This document shows, piece after piece, positions 27,501 through 32,322 of a stretch of 32,322 nt of DNA. The stretch is taken from positions 1 through 32,322 of the forward strand of contig CAXPTH010000019.1 of NCBI GenBank assembly GCA_964220215.1, written 5' to 3'. This stretch comes from Alteromonas sp. (lineage in GTDB: Bacteria; Margulisbacteria; Marinamargulisbacteria; UBA6595). Below the pieces are notes generated by a model. It did no database searches. It was given only the letters and a program-made list of their open reading frames with translations, and was not told the origin of the DNA. A program made the translations under genes and the position numbers. How positions within the stretch are numbered: position 1 is the first letter of the stretch; the number at the start of each line of letters is the position of its first letter.

Positions 27501-30500
27501 ATCAGGCACTCAGTGCCAATTCAAATACGCTTCGTGAACTCAAGGCGCGTGAAGCATCCGCTAAGAAACACTATGATTCGGCTCGGCGTCATCGTGAAGC
27601 CATGCAAGCCGTGTTGGCACAAGATTCAGAATCAACCGTGGCGGCACAGCAGTTGGAAGATGCACGGTTAAATGAGGCTCGGACACGTGCGCAGTATGAG
27701 CGTCACAAATTTCAAACCCGGTTGGCGGATTATCGAGACAATGCTTGGGGTATGAATGCTTATGAAAAAGTGTTTTCTCAAGAATTTAAAATGGTTAATC
27801 ATGCCACTATTTTTGATAACTTTAAATGCGTGACGTATTTGTATAATCAATATTATACGATGCAGGCGGCTCGGATGGCCCGGTATCGCGTGATGGATAC
27901 GATTGTTGGGCTGTCTCGGGGTGACCGAGCGGCTGAATCGATAAATTTAATGTCCATGGAATCCGATCTGATTAAAACCCATACAGACAACTTGGTGTCT
28001 CAGGCGAAAGAACAAATCCGGATTGCCAATAAAAAAGCAGACACTCGGTATGAAATTTATGAAGCAGCGATTGATTTGGCTATAACCAGTGCTTTTGCTG
28101 GTGCAATGATTGTGTTTCAAAACCCGGCCATGGTGGCATTTTTTCAAATATCTAAAGAAATGCTCGGTTTGGTGCGTAATACTGTATTCAATGCGATCAA
28201 TCAAACGATGGTTTATGGGGATACCCAAACGCTTGAGGATGACCTGAAGGAAGAAGCCGTATCGGAAGATGCTTCCCACGCACTGTCTGTGGTTAGTCCG
28301 CAGGCGCCAACCCAGAAGCACCAATCGTTAAACCGGGAGTTTGATACCAGCATTCAAGCGCAACGTGGCCGAAGTGGGGAGTATTTTTTAAATCAAGAAC
28401 ACGTGACACAATTTAATCGGGAGTTGGCCTATGTTACGCAAGCGATGCAGCTATCGGCACAGGCGGTGGCTAAAATTGCCGAGCTGCGCTACATGATTAT
28501 GAATCGGATAGCCGGCGGAACCACATCCCCAACCGCAGTGGCCGGTTTAATTATGGGGTTACAACAAGCGTTAATAGACGCCTATTACAACACGCACCGC
28601 ATGGGCCATTTAGAAATAAAGCTAAGCCGAGACACCGATTCCAATGAGATATGGCAGAAAATAACAGCGGACACTATGCATGCGTCTGCCAATATATTGA
28701 GTTATCTTCCAGGGGGTAGAAGTATGACGCATTGGAGCCAGTCCCAATGGGTCACTCGCCAATTGGCTGCGATGGGATCGGCGAGTATGTTTCGGCAAGT
28801 TGCAGAGCACACTAAGCCAATGGTTGGCCGAATGCATGGGTTTTTTGTTGGCCAAGATGACCAGATAGCCCCAACCCTGCTGATGACGGATGCTGCGAAA
28901 CGAGAACAGTTGGCCTATGCGCAATCCCGTCGTGGGGACTATCACGGCATGGCGGATGTATACCAAGCCGCGATGCTGAATAAATATCAGAAGCAATATC
29001 AGCAGCAGCGGTCCAATGCGCGTAAAGAATACTTACAAAAAGTTAAAGCGTTTTTGAATGTGGTTAGCAATTCGGCAAAGTCTGTGCTTAAAGAACCCAA
29101 AGTGCGGGATCGCGTTCGAAACAATGTGCCCCGGTTTTTTGCTCAACACTATCAGAAAAATGGGCTGGGGGCAGCAATCGTTTGGGGAGGGATTAATGGT
29201 CTTTTTTTGGATATTCCACGCACAATGCTAGCCAGTTCTTATATGGCTAACGTCGCCCCGGATTGGCATATTTTGGCTAAAGCGTCTGCACAGGTTGAAA
29301 CCCCGACGATTCAAGCCGCTCTTAAGATTAGCAGTAAAGACGAAAAGCTAACGGCATCACCGCTTTTGGAAATGGCTCGGCGAAAAACAATCGCCGAAAA
29401 CCCGCATCACGATAGCGTTAAAAAGTTCAAAAAAAAGAGCCAGGCGAAGCAGTTTTGTGTTATTGGGGAGGCATTTGCTATGGGATCCAACGCCCAACAA
29501 AAAGTCTATTTTAAAAAGCTAAAAGAATTGCTGCACGAGATCAGTCAGGATACAAGTGATATCCAGTCTATAAACGATTCTCGTATTGGCACAATACTGT
29601 TGTCTCTGGGACAGAACGACTTAAACAAAATGCTAGATATTATGCGGATAACGTCTACATTGGGTGGCTCGGATACGTATACAGTTTCAGAAAATACGCT
29701 ATCCAGCATTCAAACGGTATCCGAGTGGTCACGCAGGGGCTACATGAATGAAGCCGATGTCCACACACGGATGTATAGCCGTATTTCACGGAGCACCTCT
29801 GTTCCAGGGTTTTCATGGGCTAAAGAACTAAAAGAACTAGAAAACAATTTAAAAAAAGCCACACAACCTGATAAACAGCTTCAAGCAGCCTACCAAGCCA
29901 TGGCTGTGGCCCGAATGATGGGGCATAGTCTTAATTTTTCAATAGATGGCTTTCGGGACTATCCCCGGCTTTGTTCCATTATGCGTTCGGTTTGGCACAA
30001 GGAGTTTCAGCAGCCGGCATTTAGGGGTTCACGGGTATTGATTCCGCGCATGCCCCGCCAGCCGTTTCGGTTGAAACAGGTGGATATTAACAAATCCCAT
30101 CCCATGGATGATTTGGATGGCGTGATGGACTATTTGGAACTTAAGCCCTCGAAAACTCCGAATTTACAGTCGATAGATCCTAAATCATGTAGCCCCGACG
30201 AGTTGGCAATAGCGATCTTTGATTACGCCCAAAAAAAGACATGGAGCACAGCTGGGAGTGAGCTTAGGTCTTTTAATCAAGACATAAACTGGAAAGAAAC
30301 AGTAGCGTCTATACGACGGATTATTCAGTATAACCGGGGCGTGTATCCCATGGGGTTTCGAGCGCGTCAAGCAGCGACCAATAAAAACATCCGGGAGTTC
30401 TTAGTGGGCGTGTTTGGTTCAGATGGTACTGAGTTTAAAAACTATTTAAGCACAATACAACCGGATGCCCATGGTGGCGATAGCGGTCAGAGCGTGGACA

Positions 30501-31069
30501 ATGTTTTAGCGATTCTAACGGGCGTGTCTCCGCTACAGTTGGTGGATGCGGCAAAGTATGACTACATTACAAAAGATTTGTTGGTCTCTGAGTTTGAGGA
30601 TTCCGAGTCAAAAGTTGCTGAAGTCTGGGCGGATCAGTTTTTGAAATACTTGCAGCGTAATGGGGATATTGATTCTAATAATAAGCGCGTGAGCTCTATT
30701 AATCAGATAAAGGGTCGGGTCCGGGCATCAGACATTCCGGTTTCATGGCAATCGGCGGTGTGCCAGGCGCTCGACAAAGCCAGCGTTTCCGCTAAAGAGT
30801 CTCCATACAAAAACAGGCACATACAGTCATTTTTAGAAGAGCTGAACAATCCAGCGCTTAACAAAGCAATAGCCGAACGGCTATTGAAGCAATCGGGTGC
30901 GGATTTTGTCCATGACCAAGACCCAATACTCATACACACATGCCGACACGCGACAGGCAAGCTTCAACCGACTCAACTTCCTGCCGATACGTGGACTGGG
31001 TTTAGCAATGCCCGGTTCCCCAAACAATCAGCCGGTGACATGGCTGAATACGATGAGCGGGGAGAGTAA
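24524..31069 (+). CDS. Giant protein (2181 aa): transglutaminase-like cysteine protease domain plus helical repeats with hydrophobic hairpins
   Basis: Y.SD...D.WQS...TL.RG.GDCED (Cys242), HMIV (His279), VWD (Asp290). Long coiled-coil segments and hydrophobic stretches at about aa 694-736, 917-967 and 1178-1226. Confidence 0.8.
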   Translation: MTLSINSLLPTPDTESRIAEFAPVHVHTGSMPVGHTLEDTTQIQTTPTVVDARPSTPTDPDYFEAIVSGRDFVLDDPVLIHWLNTTKIRQTATVVYGLNPQGERVDGLGLTLDTGQTVLIHRKDLGHVHSGQLAADSATTPLFERKATGTVTQTPESRVNAELAPRAGVSYLPDVIDPDAAAVVAIVADLRSQGRLRRGMTKEDVFAVVQAEMARRYQYQSDGDRDAWQSAHDTLQRGQGDCEDWSIAMASVLARALVVTGHSPDGVRLHIIEDGDQAHMIVEHGGRVWDTKQPDRIRDYSDKPIVTISQNKISVKDESSVDWLLAVRTASGTARSERGEGQSGGPLIFQGLASDTSLDIHRMMHGNDSELKEIGGALAKGEITKEQLEAFLAIQREFDAMRAFFVILMHVVQQRGKWIRLILAIIEGVEESKDPSDHKYSFEGINFNQLTQSILAVFVADIESELATKRKEIADKYTGMGYSFLDSILGETYTIDQQKEENEAVKDAYKKIEELMVLLAKEFLREQDELEKLSASMHQRVHQTSDLKNETLVYFGNGQSMTLADWLNSEDGSDSLAAMGTQFATADADNRPFFDIVEESLQAMIMKGRKLQANIQLTAAALGFRANLQYAVQKISLGYGDFDTGTQAKVLGWRTSRYELFESQFVDQLLKMKNLFNESVNLTLDIQKKEAIRFLKIAQGFFNVVVVPAIVLFVPPGLGALATVLGNMIFTTAVFAMETHLETQYNKDIALRAMDDSQLTAVLAAQGIPTQKPNGHNPQDRSIFSAYSAYVRVRFEQGKVLKTSLSGQDRWQDNREGAFKKLDALFDVNMGEQLLDLNKKMAMMRQSWVQRSLLMATVLQFSIGFSVHDKYANEFRGVSEKMAGIVQSLKSAIQREWQDQEQLQRIQFEREKKKRELAIGYFLDMAKHVLGLGLVRVKALQKQIFFKLTPWHIIYNSILGPIANAIKTLTKDSRWLYARDFMNASTPSLSDAHQALSANSNTLRELKAREASAKKHYDSARRHREAMQAVLAQDSESTVAAQQLEDARLNEARTRAQYERHKFQTRLADYRDNAWGMNAYEKVFSQEFKMVNHATIFDNFKCVTYLYNQYYTMQAARMARYRVMDTIVGLSRGDRAAESINLMSMESDLIKTHTDNLVSQAKEQIRIANKKADTRYEIYEAAIDLAITSAFAGAMIVFQNPAMVAFFQISKEMLGLVRNTVFNAINQTMVYGDTQTLEDDLKEEAVSEDASHALSVVSPQAPTQKHQSLNREFDTSIQAQRGRSGEYFLNQEHVTQFNRELAYVTQAMQLSAQAVAKIAELRYMIMNRIAGGTTSPTAVAGLIMGLQQALIDAYYNTHRMGHLEIKLSRDTDSNEIWQKITADTMHASANILSYLPGGRSMTHWSQSQWVTRQLAAMGSASMFRQVAEHTKPMVGRMHGFFVGQDDQIAPTLLMTDAAKREQLAYAQSRRGDYHGMADVYQAAMLNKYQKQYQQQRSNARKEYLQKVKAFLNVVSNSAKSVLKEPKVRDRVRNNVPRFFAQHYQKNGLGAAIVWGGINGLFLDIPRTMLASSYMANVAPDWHILAKASAQVETPTIQAALKISSKDEKLTASPLLEMARRKTIAENPHHDSVKKFKKKSQAKQFCVIGEAFAMGSNAQQKVYFKKLKELLHEISQDTSDIQSINDSRIGTILLSLGQNDLNKMLDIMRITSTLGGSDTYTVSENTLSSIQTVSEWSRRGYMNEADVHTRMYSRISRSTSVPGFSWAKELKELENNLKKATQPDKQLQAAYQAMAVARMMGHSLNFSIDGFRDYPRLCSIMRSVWHKEFQQPAFRGSRVLIPRMPRQPFRLKQVDINKSHPMDDLDGVMDYLELKPSKTPNLQSIDPKSCSPDELAIAIFDYAQKKTWSTAGSELRSFNQDINWKETVASIRRIIQYNRGVYPMGFRARQAATNKNIREFLVGVFGSDGTEFKNYLSTIQPDAHGGDSGQSVDNVLAILTGVSPLQLVDAAKYDYITKDLLVSEFEDSESKVAEVWADQFLKYLQRNGDIDSNNKRVSSINQIKGRVRASDIPVSWQSAVCQALDKASVSAKESPYKNRHIQSFLEELNNPALNKAIAERLLKQSGADFVHDQDPILIHTCRHATGKLQPTQLPADTWTGFSNARFPKQSAGDMAEYDERGE

Positions 31070-31072
31070 GCC

Positions 31073-31963
31073 GTGGACTTAACAATCATTCATGATGAAT
31101 ATATTGCCGGTAAAACAGCCGATGCCTTGCGGGAATCGGAACAGTTTTTCAACCAAGAAATTATTGATCAGATCTGGACCGTCGGGAGCGATTGGCCGGC
31201 GAGCGTTCCCCCGAGAGACCACGCAGAGGCCGTTGCCACCATTGAAGTTAAGGCCATTATTCTGGCGAGCCTTCATAAAAAGCCGATGGACGCGATTGTT
31301 TGGACGGATAGTCGCTTAACGGCACTAGCAGATGACTTGCCGGTGCTGGTGTCGGCGGGATTTGACCCATTGTGGCACTTAATGGTTACACACGGCTGTT
31401 TGGATCCGATGGTTGTGGTGTTGGTGCAATTGGGGTTTTCGGATGTTCAATCGATTATGGAGACGATGCCCTCAGCGTTGCGGGAGCGTGTCTTAAGCGT
31501 GCTGCCCGCCTTCATGATACAGTCGTTAGAGGCATCGGCGTGTGATACTGCACCATTGGGCCATTGCTTTGCCGGTGATGAAGCCCCCGTTTTGTCGGCT
31601 GTTTGGCAGTTGAATTGGGCGGATCATCGGGTGTGGTTTTCACGTGTACAGGCGGCTATTCAATCGGTAATAGACGCCGAAGCGTTCGATTGGTCCACGT
31701 GGTTGCGCGCGTATCGTATGGTGGGGTGTGGCCAGTGGTTAGCGGATTATCGGGAGCCTTTGTGCCAATGTTTTGTAACCAATTGGCTGAAACAGCCGGC
31801 ATCCACAGCGATACAGTCGTGCTTGGATCAATGGCTTTGGCGGGATCGGCAGTGGTTAATCAGCCACCTGTACCACTTAGCGAATACAGGACCAATTCAC
31901 ACGCGGGAACAGGCTTGGCCATTCCATAAGCAGCTCTGTGATTGGTATACTAATAACCAATGA
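31073..31963 (+). CDS. Hypothetical protein, 296 aa, Trp/Leu-rich and predicted helical
   Basis: GTG start 3 nt after the giant ORF stop, GGAGA-like Shine-Dalgarno, ATGA overlap with the next ORF. Confidence 0.7.
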   Translation: MDLTIIHDEYIAGKTADALRESEQFFNQEIIDQIWTVGSDWPASVPPRDHAEAVATIEVKAIILASLHKKPMDAIVWTDSRLTALADDLPVLVSAGFDPLWHLMVTHGCLDPMVVVLVQLGFSDVQSIMETMPSALRERVLSVLPAFMIQSLEASACDTAPLGHCFAGDEAPVLSAVWQLNWADHRVWFSRVQAAIQSVIDAEAFDWSTWLRAYRMVGCGQWLADYREPLCQCFVTNWLKQPASTAIQSCLDQWLWRDRQWLISHLYHLANTGPIHTREQAWPFHKQLCDWYTNNQ

Positions 31964-32193
31964 TCGTGGATTGGCAACACATGACGGCTATGGATATACT
32001 CAATGGCTTGGCTTGGGTAATTTTGGTAATTTTTTTAATTCGCTATGCGTATAAATTCAGTGTTGCTCAACGGAATTTAAGGGCATTAAATCAACGACAA
32101 AAAGAATTGGACCAAGCGATTGATGCAGAAACCCGGCACCTGAAGCAATTGGTGGATGCCTTTAAAGACGACGAGGATCCTGATGCGTCATGA
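31960..32193 (+). CDS. Small single-TM protein with a coiled-coil tail (77 aa)
   Basis: ILNGLAWVILVIFLI helix followed by RNLRALNQRQKELDQAIDAETRHLKQL heptads. Confidence 0.7.
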   Translation: MIVDWQHMTAMDILNGLAWVILVIFLIRYAYKFSVAQRNLRALNQRQKELDQAIDAETRHLKQLVDAFKDDEDPDAS

Positions 32194-32322
32194 ACCCATT
32201 GACGTTGTTGAGGCGTTATCGGTCTTAATAGACTTAATGGAGCTAGCCGATGGGCCAGAAAATCAGAGACAGCTTGATGAAATAACGGGGTCTATTTTAA
32301 AGCTAATCCCGGACTATTTAGC
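32183..32322 (+). CDS. Hypothetical protein, 5' part (runs off the window)
   Basis: ATG at 32183 after GAGGA. Open to the window end: MRHEPIDVVEALSVLIDLMELADGPENQRQLDEITGSILKLIPDYL. Overlaps the previous gene by 11 nt. Confidence 0.6.
   Translation, partial: MRHEPIDVVEALSVLIDLMELADGPENQRQLDEITGSILKLIPDYL

Noticed and set aside
24524..31069. Giant ORF as a phage tape measure, RTX, RHS or filamentous haemagglutinin protein
   Set aside because: No flanking phage genes, and no GGXGXD, YD or FHA repeats or TPS domain are visible.
32190..32228. ATGA-overlapping ORF after the 77-aa gene
   Set aside because: It closes after 12 codons. The frame from ATG 32183 has a Shine-Dalgarno and stays open.
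1..32322. CRISPR arrays, tRNA/rRNA genes, IS elements
   Set aside because: Intergenic spaces are short (at most about 210 bp). I saw no repeat-spacer array, cloverleaf or transposase.

Overview
Bacterial chromosomal window of mostly housekeeping genes. ClpC and GatB sequence signatures resemble cyanobacterial ones, so a non-photosynthetic Cyanobacteria-sister lineage such as Ca. Margulisbacteria is plausible (inference only). On the minus strand at the left is the start of an F0F1 ATP synthase operon: atpZ/I-like, atpI, an inserted HAD-IIA hydrolase and partial atpB. The plus strand then carries tsaB, uvrA, a secreted beta-propeller protein, clpC-radA and rpsB-tsf-trxA. Next is a DnaA-box/AT-rich intergenic region that looks like oriC but has no adjacent dnaA, then dnaN-recF-dciA. 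After these come a 29-aa bS22/AURKAIP1-COX24 peptide gene missed by the ORF track, gatCAB and valS-folC. From 22.6 kb is a tightly coupled operon of uncharacterised genes. It centres on a 2181-aa protein with an N-terminal transglutaminase-like Cys-His-Asp domain followed by about five degenerate ~200-270-aa helical repeats, several carrying hydrophobic hairpins. This operon is the best candidate for an undescribed system.
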